A stretch of DNA of 32,783 bases from Catajapyx aquilonaris (taxonomy: Eukaryota): the NCBI GenBank assembly GCA_000934665.2, contig JYFJ02004345.1:1-32783 (forward strand), given 5' to 3'. The notes beneath the pieces were generated by a model, which did no database searches, was not told the origin of the DNA, and saw only the letters and a list, made by a program, of their open reading frames with translations. Below, piece after piece: positions 1 through 10,779 of this stretch (position 1 is the first letter of the stretch; every line of letters starts with the position of its first letter). Both the position numbers and the translations under genes were made by a program.

Positions 1-86
1 CTCTCTTTTTGTGCAAACCCCGCTTTGTCACCTTTCGCTTGGTGCCCTCCAGCTCTGAATACCAGATCAGGAGCACGTACACATAC

Positions 87-176
87 CCGGTACAGCCCCG
101 AGCACTTCGTCTCAGTCCCAGGTCCGGATCCATGTTTTCCGGGCCACACTTGTATGCATCTAAGGATAAGTGTCGG
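87..176 (-). CDS. Possible further 90-nt exon of the minus-strand gene
   Basis: On the minus strand it is bounded by cttttgtcAG (acceptor, 178-177) and CCGG|GTATGT (donor, 86-85). It is 90 nt and open in phase 0 (PTLILRCIQVWPGKHGSGPGTETKCSGLYR), compatible with the phase-0 end of exon 2170-2111. The acceptor is modest and no homology is recognised. Confidence 0.3.
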
Positions 177-224
177 CTGACAAAAGTCACGTCGTCGCTG
201 AGTTTGGCGGGGAGGGAAAGAGGC

Positions 225-263
225 TGGTGGTGGTAGGTGGGGGGTGGTGGTGGTGGTGGTGGT
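225..263. repeat. (GGT)n microsatellite, imperfect
   Basis: tggtggtggtaggtggggggtggtggtggtggtggtggt read directly. Confidence 0.9.
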
Positions 264-489
264 AATTAAGGCAAGCCTCATTTGCTTAAGAATTGGCTGG
301 AGCCCGAGGAAGGTCTGGAAGTGTTATGAGGCGAATACTCTAGCAATTTCCAGGAGTGTACCACTCGCCAGGGGTACAAGCACTCCAACACTCGCGAACA
401 CTTGTTCTCAAACTTGGCAAAACCCGCCGTACACTCCGGATTCGCCGATTCTAGTCGTCAGTAAATTCGCAATAACGTTGCAAATAACA

Positions 490-1395
490 GTTATTAAAGT
501 AATAACAGATTATAGCAAATCACTATTATTGAAGTAATAACATATTAGAGGAAATCACTATTATTGAAGTAATAACAAATTAGAGGAAATCACTATTATT
601 GAAGTAATAACAGATTATAGGAAATCACTATTATTGAAGTAATAGCATATTAGAGCAAATCACTACTATTGAAATAACTTTGTAGTGAATCACTACTATT
701 GAAATAACTTTGTAGTGAATCACTACTATTGAAATAACTTTGTAGTGAATCACTACTATTGAAATAACTTTGTAGTTAATCACTACTTTTGAAATAACTT
801 TGTAGTTAATCACTACTTTTGAAATAACTTTGTAGTTAATCACTACTTTTGAAATAATTTTGTAGTTAATCACTACTTTTGAAATAACTTTGTAGTTAAT
901 CAGTACTTTAGAAATAACACCTTGCAGACAATTACTTGTTTTATTGTAATAATAGCTTATAGCCAATCACTAATATTGAAATTCTGTATCTGCCTGTAGC
1001 TTAGTTATAACTACTATTGACATATCTCTTTGGAGCTAATTACTGCTATTGTAACAACAACTTGTAGCTAATCGCTTATATTGTAACAACAGCTTGTAGC
1101 TAATCACTGCTATTCTAACATCAGATGCAGCCAATCACTGCTATTCTAACATCAGATGCAGCCAATCATTGCTATTGTAACAACAGATACACCTAATCAC
1201 TGCTATCGGAACACCAGATACAGCCAATCATTGCTATTGTAACAACAGATACACCCAATCACTGCTATCGTAACAGATACACTAATCACTGCTATTGTAA
1301 CAACAGATTGAGCCACTCACTAAAATACCGGATTGAAGCTTATAGCTAGCATACTATTGAAATAAATGTAGCTAATCACTGATATCGCAATAACT
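490..1395. repeat. Compound AT-rich minisatellite (35-bp, then 30-bp, then 31-bp units)
   Basis: The core aatcactRYtatt recurs at 521, 556, 591, 626 and 661 (35-bp period), at 661-901 every 30 bp (gaaataactttgtagttaatcactactttt), and at 1105, 1136, 1167, 1198, 1229 and 1260 (31-bp period). This explains the repetitive ORF 631..966. Confidence 0.95.
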
Positions 1396-2110
1396 GTTTT
1401 CACAATTAAATTTGCAGAATTTTGGCAATTCGCGGAATGAGGATGAATTCGTGAATCAATCACTTCCTACAGCCGAGTCTTAAAAATGTCTCACCCCCCG
1501 TGAAGTAACACCCAAATAAAACTTCTTTTCTCGACGCAACCGGTGGAAAAATAAACCCCCCCTCGGATCCGACGAGAAGCTTTTTCTGCAGACGGCAGCC
1601 ATCAGCTCATCTAGAAGGCCCCAAAAGAGAACTCCTCCCCACATCTTTTTTTTCCCCCCCCCTTACCCACCCACCCTGGCCTATACCTCCCTTTTCCACT
1701 CTTCACTTCTTAATGCAACTAGCAGCTTTCAAAAGGGCTCTCCGTTACAGCTGCCTTGACATTACGCCCGACACTTTGATGCTTTCAGCGTGACTTACTC
1801 GTTAGTTGGCCTACTCTCAACCTACCCACTCCTTCCCTCTCCTTCTATGTAGGTCGCCAAAATTAACATTCCTCTTTTATCAACAAAAAATGTCAAAGCC
1901 AGGTCCGGAAGAAAAAAAAACTGTCTTACAGAATATAGCAACATTCCTGGAAATGATCGATTGTTGACGTACGTCAGACTACATAGTTGTAATTACATAA
2001 AATTTAGCGCAATGGTATACTGCATATAGTGTACCGTATATTCAGTTCGTGGAGTATTTTTATATGGGAGTAAGTTGCGTCGACTCTGAGAATAATAACA
2101 GTGCACTTAC

Positions 2111-2170
2111 CCTTCTGCTGGAGTTGTCTTTTGGAGTTTGGTCTGACGCCACGGTGCCGAATATGGTGGG
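2111..2170 (-). CDS. 60-nt internal coding exon of the minus-strand gene (PTIFGTVASDQTPKDNSSRR)
   Basis: Strong acceptor tttttctcttattgtttcAG (2172-2171) and consensus donor AGG|GTAAGT (2110-2105). Exactly 20 codons, stop-free in phase 0, matching the phase-0 end of exon 10009-9461. GC-richer than its flanks. Confidence 0.65.
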
Positions 2171-2408
2171 CTGAAACAATAAGAGAAAAATGTATGTTAA
2201 CATATTTTCTTCATTTAAGACCGGTTTCATGGCACGGATTTAACACTGGCTGAATTATTTATACGGATACAAAAGTTTAGTTTAGTGTCTGTTGCACCAC
2301 TGAAAGTATTCCCTACTTATCCAATCGTGGTGTATACAACCTCATCTGAAAATCTCCGATTACGTAGGCTAAATGTGTCAATCATACAAAATGTGACATT
2401 TTCTAGTG

Positions 2409-3411
2409 CAGTTGACTCCGAATATAACAGATTCGGCTACAAATGACTTTCGATGATAACAGCCTCGAAACTTCCATACGGCCCTTTTTTACTCCTGTTA
2501 TAACAGACTCATTTTCATCTCGCCTCGGGTATAACATACAATTTTTTTGGCCTCTCGGAGAGAAAATATGGTGGTTTTTGATTATCCAACCTCCTTTCCC
2601 ACGCGTGTAGGAAGGCAGAGAATACTGGAGGGGGTGATTTTCGCATCTGTCACTGATCTAAGTTACTCAGAATCACACTTTTTCTGGTGTATTTGGCAAC
2701 AAGGAGACGGCAGTAAAAAATTACGGATTTCTTTGGTCCTGCCTAATTTACGGGTGAGCTAATTTTGCATTTTTGTGGTTATAATTTCATTAACAAAATC
2801 ATTACCATAGTAGCCAGAAATGCCCTGCGACATCTTATGGATAACTATATACAGGGTGTTTCAACTTTTTTTGTCCGGACAGTTATCCGAAAATTGCACG
2901 TAGCTGGTACTTTGTAAGCAGTGACTTGAAAACGGTGATTTTTCGGAGGAATGGGGGAATATTCCCTGCGAATCGTAGGTTGAAGTGGCATATACGTGCT
3001 TCCCGCTGAAAATTGAGGGTCAAGCCTGGACACTCATTTTTTCAGGCTTGACCCTCAATTTTCATGCCATGGGATGTGTGACCCTCTTTTTCCCCCATTC
3101 CCCAATCCTCCGACAAATCACCGGTTGCAAGTCACTGCTTACAAAGTAGGAGCTACGTGCAATTTTCCGATAACTGTCCGGACAAAAAAGTTGAAACACC
3201 CTGTTATCCACTGAATCTCCAATGGATATTTAGATATAGGATATGTCACTGTGCTACTTGGGATATTATTGTGCATTATAAGCTTACGGAAAGCTGAACA
3301 CCTGTATTCGATGCAACTGTGGTGATTTGGCTTTAACAGACCTCGCTCGGATATAACAGACTTTTTTCCGTTGTCCCTTGAAGTACCGTATGTTATATCC
3401 AGAGTCAACTG
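2409..3411. mobile_element. MITE family B copy 1 (CAGTTGACTC termini, pogo/Tigger-like by inference), interrupted by a family A MITE
   Basis: Left TIR cagttgactccgaatataaca versus reverse complement of the right end cagttgactctggatataaca (19/21). Colinear internal similarity to 5278-5911 (ttttcgcatctgtc.ctgatctaagttactca, tgtatttggcaac, attttgcatttttgtgg). TA target duplication is degraded. Confidence 0.8.
2852..3203 (-). mobile_element. MITE family A copy 1 (CAGGGTGTTTCAAC termini, Tc1/mariner-type by inference), nested in family B
   Basis: Roughly 100-bp imperfect TIRs beginning cagggtgtttcaacttttt and ending aaaaaagttgaaacaccctg. TA on the left. Closely similar to 14258-14567 and 28803-29132 but in the opposite orientation. 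Confidence 0.92.
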
Positions 3412-4363
3412 TTCTACTGAAAACCGGTGGCAGTAGAGTAAAATGTATGTCCTATCCGTCCATTGCGTCTGGTGCACTCGGATCACGACAATAATGGTTT
3501 TTTGTGCCGCGGCGTTGTCATCAGAAAGGGTCATCTGCACATCCGCTTTATTATTGGTCGGGGGGAGTTCAGCTTTTACCGGAGGTTTCCCTCGGCGCGT
3601 ATGAATAACAATCAGCGGCAGGGTAATCATCACAGGGGCTGGCGCTTATCTGCACTAGATTTATCGGGAGGGGGCGGCCTCCCATCCCCGGCTCGCCAAT
3701 CGCCAGATTTGCACGCAAAACCACAAAACCATCACTTTCCGATTCAATCTGACCAAAAATTACATCGGCCGACATCTACCGGCCAGACTCGGAACTGTTT
3801 GAATCAACCGACTGAAATCACACCCCTGAGCCATCTACCGGCCGTATTTACAAACACACGGTTAACCCCAGCTGCCACATGAGGCGCCACATTCCGGCCC
3901 ACAAAATTGCGCGCCAAATCAATGCTCTCAAAAAATTCGCAAACATGACGTCATAGGTTTAGACCGGGTGGCAAAGTGACGTCATTGTTTGTTTTTTTTA
4001 GGCGGACAGGAAACGGCATGAATGGACACATGTGTCTGGATGTTGAGGTCAAGTGACCGGCGCCGGAGTGGGTGACCTCAAAATGCGACGTTGCGAATCG
4101 TGCGCTACTTGTTTATGAGACGCAATTTTCGACGCAAAGAGTGCTCCTTGAAGATTTATTCATTTTGTACTTTATGGGGCCCAAAACATTCGTACTCTCG
4201 GGATAGTAACATTTATTTTTACCCGGTTAGAGGATGGCGCCCGTTTTGGAGCACGCAGCTCCGATCTTCACACAAGAAAACATATACGCTAAGACACGTA
4301 TAATAATAAATAAGATGATAATTATTATGCAGGTAATAAACAATAATACACCATAATCGAGGG

Positions 4364-4601
4364 ATCTCAGATCAAAGGCGGCTAAGTCCATTTTTGGGGG
4401 TGTAATACAAATACGTCCAGCAATCATGTATTTTAATGTCATTGCGTATTTTGCACATTTTCGTATATGTAGCTGAGCCGTGGCAACATAAGGACGCAAA
4501 AAAGTTTCAAGATTGTACCAGTGAAAGTTAAGTAATCATCAGTTTTTGCTCATTTTACGACCAGCATTATTTTTTCTACTTAGTCGCCTTTGATCTGAGA
4601 T
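4364..4601. mobile_element. Short TIR element (family D, single copy)
   Basis: atctcagatcaaaggcggctaagt (4364-4387) is the reverse complement of 4578-4601 at 23/24 positions. AT-rich non-coding interior. No clear target-site duplication. Confidence 0.6.
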
Positions 4602-4626
4602 TAATTAATTTATTAATTAATCTATG

Positions 4627-4834
4627 CAGGGTGGTCCAACATCAAGTGTCGTTTTATAACGGCTATTAATAGAAGCGCTTTACGATTGACGTACCAGCGA
4701 CGTGTAAAATTGCCCACTTCGATGGCGCCGAAGATGCGCCGAAGTGGGACATTTTACGCGTCGCTGCTACGTCATCGCAAAATCACTGCTATTAATCGCC
4801 GTTATCAAACGACACTTGATGTTGGACCACCCTG
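4627..4834. mobile_element. Near-palindromic 208-bp MITE (family C, CAGGGTGGTCC termini)
   Basis: 46-bp TIR with 2 mismatches (cagggtggtccaacatcaagtgtcgttt.ataacggc.attaatag). The inner part is also inverted (gacgtaccagcgacgtgtaaaattgcccacttcg / cgaagtgggacattttacgcgtcgctgctacgtc). Flanks are TG and TA. Confidence 0.88.
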
Positions 4835-5146
4835 TATAAATAAAGCCGTTTGGGAGTCTGTCTGTCTGTCTGTCCGCCTGCCAACCGTCATTTTCCTGCC
4901 ATCTGTGCTCCACCCCCAGGCCGGGAGAGGATGGAGGTGTTGGGGGTTGACTACAGATGGCAGGCAAAGACGGTTGCCGTTATACAGGCGGGAGAGGTTC
5001 AAGGTGTTGGAGTAGCATGACCACAGATGGCATTGGTGGGCGGACACACAGAAAGACAGACAGTTGACGGGGGCACTGGCAGGTGTTTTCCCTTCATTCA
5101 TTTCTTCGCGGGCAACGCCGGGTGCCGCAGCTAGTAATGAATAAAA

Positions 5147-5256
5147 CAAAAAGAGAGCAGTAATAGTAGACTATAATACGAACAGTCTGATTACTGCTCT
5201 CTTTTTGGTCCGATTTTACTTCCTAATTACAACAATTAGGAAGTAAAATCTGACCA
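5147..5256. repeat. Two abutting inverted repeats (hairpins)
   Basis: 18-bp perfect stem at 5147-5164/5190-5207. 23-bp stem with 1 mismatch at 5206-5228/5234-5256, 5-nt loop. Confidence 0.9.
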
Positions 5257-5277
5257 GTAATTCTGTCCATTCTGACA

Positions 5278-5911
5278 CAGTTGACTCCGGATACAACAGC
5301 ATCGGTTATAACGGACTTTCGCTTATAACAGACTAGAAAGGTCTGTCCCGGCATGCTTCCACAAGGCTTCAAGGTAATGCCGTGTTTTTTTACTCCTGAT
5401 ATAACATACTCGTTTTCACATCACCTCGGCTTTAACACTGAGACCATTTTTTGGCCCCTCTGCGGGAAAATATGCTGTTTTTTTTAAAAAATTATCCAAC
5501 TTCCTTTGCAAGTCAAAGGCAGAGAATACGCTGGAAGGGGGAGGGAGATTTTCGCATCTGTCGCTGATCTAAGTTACTCAAAATCATACTTCTTAGGGTG
5601 TATTTGGCAACATGGAGACGGCAGAAGAAAATTACGGATTTTTAAAAATCCTAATTTAACCTAATTATTTTATTATTAATAGCCTAAATTTAGCCTAAAA
5701 TTATTAATAGCCTAATTTATGGGTGAGCTCATTTTGCATTTTTGTGGATAGTTTCAGAAATAAATGCAGTATAGATGAGTGCAATATAAGCATAAGGGGA
5801 AGCAGAAAACTTGGGTGTATATTTGTTGAAAAAGTGGCGATTTGGCCACTCGTTTATAACATACTTTTTCCCGCGGTCCCCTAAAGTCTGTTAGATATCA
5901 GGATTCAATTG
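5278..5911. mobile_element. MITE family B copy 2
   Basis: Starts cagttgactccggatacaacag and ends gatatcaggattcaattg followed by TA. Colinear internal similarity with 2409-3411, but lacks the family A insert. Confidence 0.78.
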
Positions 5912-7570
5912 TATAATAATTACAGTCCCTTAATGTTACATAGTTCCATAATCATCACGCGTTCTAAACCATTCAAATGAGCGTGATTGTTGTTTAAGAA
6001 AGACTATTCAAGATGTAAGACAATATTCATGATTCAATTTCAAATTATCTTTGAAGTTTGATGATTACACACATTCCTCTACGCAAATTTCTAAGCAGAA
6101 CACTTATTTGAAAATAATACGTAATTATATTGCCAAGCTTATTTGAGCAGCATGTGAGAGTGTCCTGGGTTTCAGCTTCTCATTTGCATTTAGAATTACC
6201 CAGTGGATTTTCCTCAGTGCGCAGTACCTTTTGTTGCATTCTAGTTATTAGCTCATGGAACTATACGGTCCCTACCTAGAAAAATCGTCTGCAGGTGGAA
6301 TGAAAATCCGGTCTGACACAGTATATCGCCTGAGGGTTTTCCGGGGTGTGCGTGCGAGCCGGAGTCTCTCTCAGCCAGCAAAGGATTTGTCCGGGGAAAA
6401 GGACACGACAAGGCTTTTCCATTTGCAAAGGTAGAACCCTGCTTATTCTCGGGCCCCTTTTCGTTCCCTCTCTCCCAAAAGCCCAAAAGACAATGCACTG
6501 CAACACCCGGTACTCATACTACAATCAATATTACTGTCAAAATTAGTAGTTTGTGTCCAGCTTCTACAGTGTGAATGACTCCTCTGGCTGCTTCTGTCCC
6601 ACAATGTCTTCATGACACACTCAACCCGATTAGGGGGAACTGTGGACAATCGATTTCTGTCCGGTTGATTAGCCCTCCCCCTTTCCAACAGCCCCCCTTT
6701 GGAACTGACATTTCCTTCCACCAGACCAATAAGGGAGGACCCAGATCCCATTAAGCAAAAATGTTGGCACATATAGAAGGCAGAGGAAGAATTGGAAGGA
6801 GGATGCCAATAGGGGGGTCGCCAATCCAATCACAAGAACCCCTAAGATTGGCATGTCTTCTAGATAAATATCCATTGAAACAACTAACATCTAGGGAGGA
6901 ATTTAGAGAGAATTTAGGAGAGTACAATGCTAGACATGTCGTACTGTTGGCGCCATGAACCTGTGGCTGAAAAAGAGCGAATCGGCTCGTGGCGCCACCA
7001 ATAATGTCAATCGCTGTACCTGGTATATGATGTGGTGTAAATGGGTAAATTTTTACTTGTGCTGTATCAGGTGTTAGTGTTTGAATTGCGACGGGAGTGT
7101 CACGTGACGAGGGGTGAGTCAGACAACATTTCTTCCTCCCCTCTCCTCCCTTCCTCTCCCCTCATGCTCTCATCCAGGGCTCTCCCATGAAAGGGATTTC
7201 GATCAATTTCCTCCAATGGGAGAGGGAGTCCTGGGACTGTCGTGTTTCAGCACATCACTGGATAAGCCTCATTAGAAGGGAGGGAACTCCAGGCTATTCA
7301 TCTCTTCGCTTTTTTTGGCCACTAACAAACTATCAAAAGCATGATCGCAACATTTCCAACCCTGCTTGGACAATACAGGTCATTTCCAACTCTGGTCCAA
7401 CATGGCGACACATTCCGGCATATATGTCTTTTCCAACCATTTTAACAACCAGTTATACGTCACACTCAAAAACATGTCAACATTAGTTGCAAACCTGTAA
7501 TATTCTGAATGCACGAATCATGTAATAGTACACATAAATATTGTATTGAATTTAGCCAAAAGCGCTATTT

Positions 7571-7604
7571 AAAAAAAAAAAAAAAAAACNAAAAAAAAAA
7601 AAAA
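7571..7604. other. Poly-A run containing a single N (7590): assembly join or unresolved base
   Basis: aaaaaaaaaaaaaaaaaacnaaaaaaaaaaaaaa read directly. Confidence 0.85.
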
Positions 7605-7939
7605 CTGGGAGAGTGCTTCAGTATTTCTGAGTTTTAATTATTTACTCTCGCCGGATCCATTATAGGAGAGTAGACACATTAGCAAGGCAAACACACTGGA
7701 GGGGGTTACATTTCCTGGCACCCCCTCACCCTTTCCCCTTTCCCCACCTGCCCCCACAATAAAAGGGAGGTGGTTGTACGAGGAGGGGAGGGAGAGGAAT
7801 TATGTATAGGAGCAAATGGAGCTTCCTAAGACGAGATTGATGGAAGTGTTTACATTGCTGTGGAGACGGAGAGAATAATGACGATGTGACTACACTTGAA
7901 CAAAAAAATATGCTGCTGCTAAGCTCTTTCACTTTAGGT

Positions 7940-8395
7940 GTCGAGTAACACGCGAAAATAGTTGTATCGAAATATATCAAAGATCACTATCGATATATCG
8001 AAGGCACCTTTTATTTATCGATGCTATCGAATGTGAATTCATTTTTGAACAATATTTCATCATAATATATCAAAGATCACTATCGATATATCGAAGGCAC
8101 CTTTTATTTATCGATGCTATCGAATGTGTATTCGAAATATATAGATGAAGATCGATATATCGACGGTACTTTTTATTTATCGATTTATGCAATTTTGCTT
8201 TCGAATGTGTATTGATTTTCGATCGACATTCCATCGAAATATATCTAAGATACATTTTTATTTATATAGATATATTAGCTTTTGCTATCGAATAATGTAT
8301 GACTTTCGATCGATATTCTATCGATATTTGAGCACTAACAGATCATATCGACTTTTTATACTACATTTTAGCCCCAATTATCGATTTGGGATCAA
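7940..8395. repeat. Degenerate TCGA/ATCGAT-rich tandem repeat with a 65-bp exact duplication
   Basis: 7971-8035 is identical to 8064-8128 (93-bp period). About 24 TCGA tetramers counted by eye in about 450 bp. Confidence 0.85.
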
Positions 8396-9460
8396 TTTGT
8401 GTTCCTCATAACTGAATAGTGTACCCGGTCCAGACTGAAGTGTAAATCATAGACGTCCTAGATATTAATAATATCTATGGCGGTGTAAATGACCCTTCAA
8501 TGACTTTAAACCTATACAACAGTGTTGTGGCAGTTTGTACACGTAAGTTCAGGGGCGTTGATCCGGAAATTCGGGCGGGTCTCCGGGGGGGGGAAGACCA
8601 GCAAGGGAAGACGCAAACAATGAGTAACGTGATTCATCAAATCAAATGGGGTTAGGGTTGGTGATATAGGAGAAAAAATTCCCCCATATCGCGTATGAGG
8701 TCCTCTTTCCCTCCCCATTTTTGGGCTTATCTGCACGTACCGAAATGTTGCGTGCGTGTACTCAATTACGAATAACACACGTTACATTCGCGCCGCGTGG
8801 GGTTGTAAATAATTCTTCCGATTAAGATCAGGCAGCTAATTTTAATCTCCTTGATGGCCATTTCGAGCCAACTCCAGTTTTAGCGCCCTGGACATGCAGA
8901 GCATAAACTTAATCGAAAGTGTTGCCAAACTGTAATTTCCAACAACCACCCTTCAAGAATGTGTCGATTGAAAATAACTAATAAAATGCAACGTCGGCAT
9001 TCCTGTCGGTCGCTTGACATGGAAGTTCTGAACAAAAGGTATATCCGGGTGGGGGCCAAACTCTCTCTCTCTCTTTCGAAGCGTGAACGTGACACTGGGT
9101 AACGCATGCACATCATTCGGCAAGGAAGTTGATGGGAAGGGTAGCCAGACCAAACAGAGGTAAAGCACCTCTGAGAAAATATATTAGGAATCACGAATCC
9201 TGCCATGTGAATCACTAGAATACAAGGTTTCAAACTTACTGGCGTCTCACTTATATGGCGACTTTGTCCCTACACATATAGGTAGCCTACATGTAGTTAC
9301 CATGTATAGTTACCACGTGGAGTGAGAGACGTGTGCATGCGCGCCTCTCGTTGTGGCATATCATGCTACGTCCTAGCGGGAGCGGGCCGGGAAATGTTGC
9401 CAAATTTTGGCAACGGGTTAACAACTAATTATTGGCCAGATTTTCCCAACCGGTACTCAC

Positions 9461-10009
9461 GTCGGAGAAGTGAAGTGTGCGGAGTTCTCCGTTGACTGGT
9501 GGTACCGGGGTGTATCCAGAGGCGGATGACGAGCATGAGGATGACGATGTCGAGGGTCTTTCCATGATTCTGGCGCCGTCCATCCTGCGCACCAGAACTG
9601 GCTCCCAAAGCTCGCTGCTGGTGCTGCTGTACGCGTTGGTTTCCTTGTTCTCCTTGGTTCGCTCGTCAACCACGACTCCGTTCTTGTGTACCGTCACGCT
9701 TTCTTTGGTCACCGTCGATGATTTGACACTCAGCGTCGTTTCCAGGCGCACAGGGGCCTTCAGGATCCCGGCCCTGATCAGGATCTGATTGATCAGATCG
9801 CAGTGTGGCACCGTGCCATGCCGTAGCGCCTCCTTGATCGCGGCACCTTCCTCATCCTCCAGAGTGATGGGACACCCGTTGATCAGCAGCACCTCTTCCT
9901 CCTGCACCGAGGTGTTCTTCTCGCAATCCACAACCTTCATTCCTTTGCCCAAGATGGAATCCACAGTCCCTTGGATATCAATGTCCTCCATCTTGTCCAT
10001 ACCCTCCAT
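9461..10009 (-). CDS. Large coding exon (183 codons), probably the first coding exon of a minus-strand gene or isoform; product unidentified
   Basis: Longest ORF in the window, with GC-rich third positions and protein-like composition (MEGMDKMEDIDIQG...RTLHFSD). In-frame TGA lies 3 codons upstream of the ATG. Consensus donor GAC|GTGAGT at 9460 truncates the ORF in phase 0. Candidate upstream acceptors at 10143-10142 and 10197-10196. Confidence 0.8.
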
Positions 10010-10750
10010 CCTGACTCACAGTACAAAATGGCTGTCCAATCTACTGGAATTTATCCATATTGTCTGGCCTCATCCACACTGATAGTCACCAATTGTTATC
10101 CATACTGACTGGCTGCAACGCGCATCCTTCTTTCTCCAAACCTGACCGAAAAACGTAAAGCTCAGTGTTTCCGTACAGCCCAGTCTTTCAACAGCCTGAG
10201 AGTAACGGAAAAGACAACGTAACTTCAATGTGGCTTGTCAAGAGAGTGGTTCAAGTAAAGGAATATGTCATTGTTACCGCGCACTGTGAATTCTTTTAAA
10301 GAGGTGTTTCTGTCTTCCCTTTGCAGGAAGACAGGAATAATATCGATTTGGTTCAATCTCACAATTCTTGGAATAATGTTCGATTTTAGCAAATATGCCC
10401 GGATATATTTTAAACCGGGTTATTTTTAAAATTGCCTATAATAAGTGAGCGATTAAGTCAACTGAAATTGGTCGAAACAGAGCGTGTGGAACAAACACGA
10501 TCACTCGACTATTCGACCTAAAAGGCCATAACACTCAGGCTAGAATTCTTAAAGCACCAACAAACGATCCACCATCTAATTGAAAAGAATCTGACCCGTA
10601 AGAAATCCCCATTACGAAGGGAAACCTCACGAACACGTCACTTTTGGAGGGGAAGACCAACCCTCCCCAAAATCCTCTCCACGCGACAGTGAGTGATAAA
10701 CCTCTCAAGGAAAACCGAGATGGGTTTCCCGTAATCCCGATTGACGAGAC

Positions 10751-10770
10751 CGTCGTCGTCGTCGTCGTCG
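10751..10770. repeat. (CGT)n microsatellite
   Basis: cgtcgtcgtcgtcgtcgtcg read directly. Confidence 0.85.
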
Positions 10771-10779
10771 CACGTGCTG

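Noticed and set aside
631..966. 111-aa ORF with repeated KVISKVVINY
   Set aside because: It is the translation of the 30-bp minisatellite; the unit is a multiple of 3 and lacks a stop in that frame.
490..1395. CRISPR-like regular repeats
   Set aside because: Head-to-tail tandem units with no unique spacers, no cas genes, and a eukaryotic context.
2845..3205. Recurrent similar ORFs (YKVxATCNFPITVRTKK) here and near 14.2-14.6 kb and 28.7-29.1 kb
   Set aside because: All are translations of the MITE A terminal inverted repeats, not a gene family.
7571..7604. Poly-A as the tail of a retroposed SINE/LINE
   Set aside because: It spans an N, so length and continuity are uncertain. No TSD or element body was recognised.
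8459..8477. 19-bp palindrome tagatattaataatatcta
   Set aside because: Short and AT-rich. It could be a MITE remnant, but there is no second copy or TSD in the window.
9457..10082. Overlapping ORFs 9457..9669 (kinase-like WTAPES), 9477..9788 and 9789..10082
   Set aside because: Shadow frames of the GC-rich coding exon. The kinase-like word has none of the other kinase subdomains.
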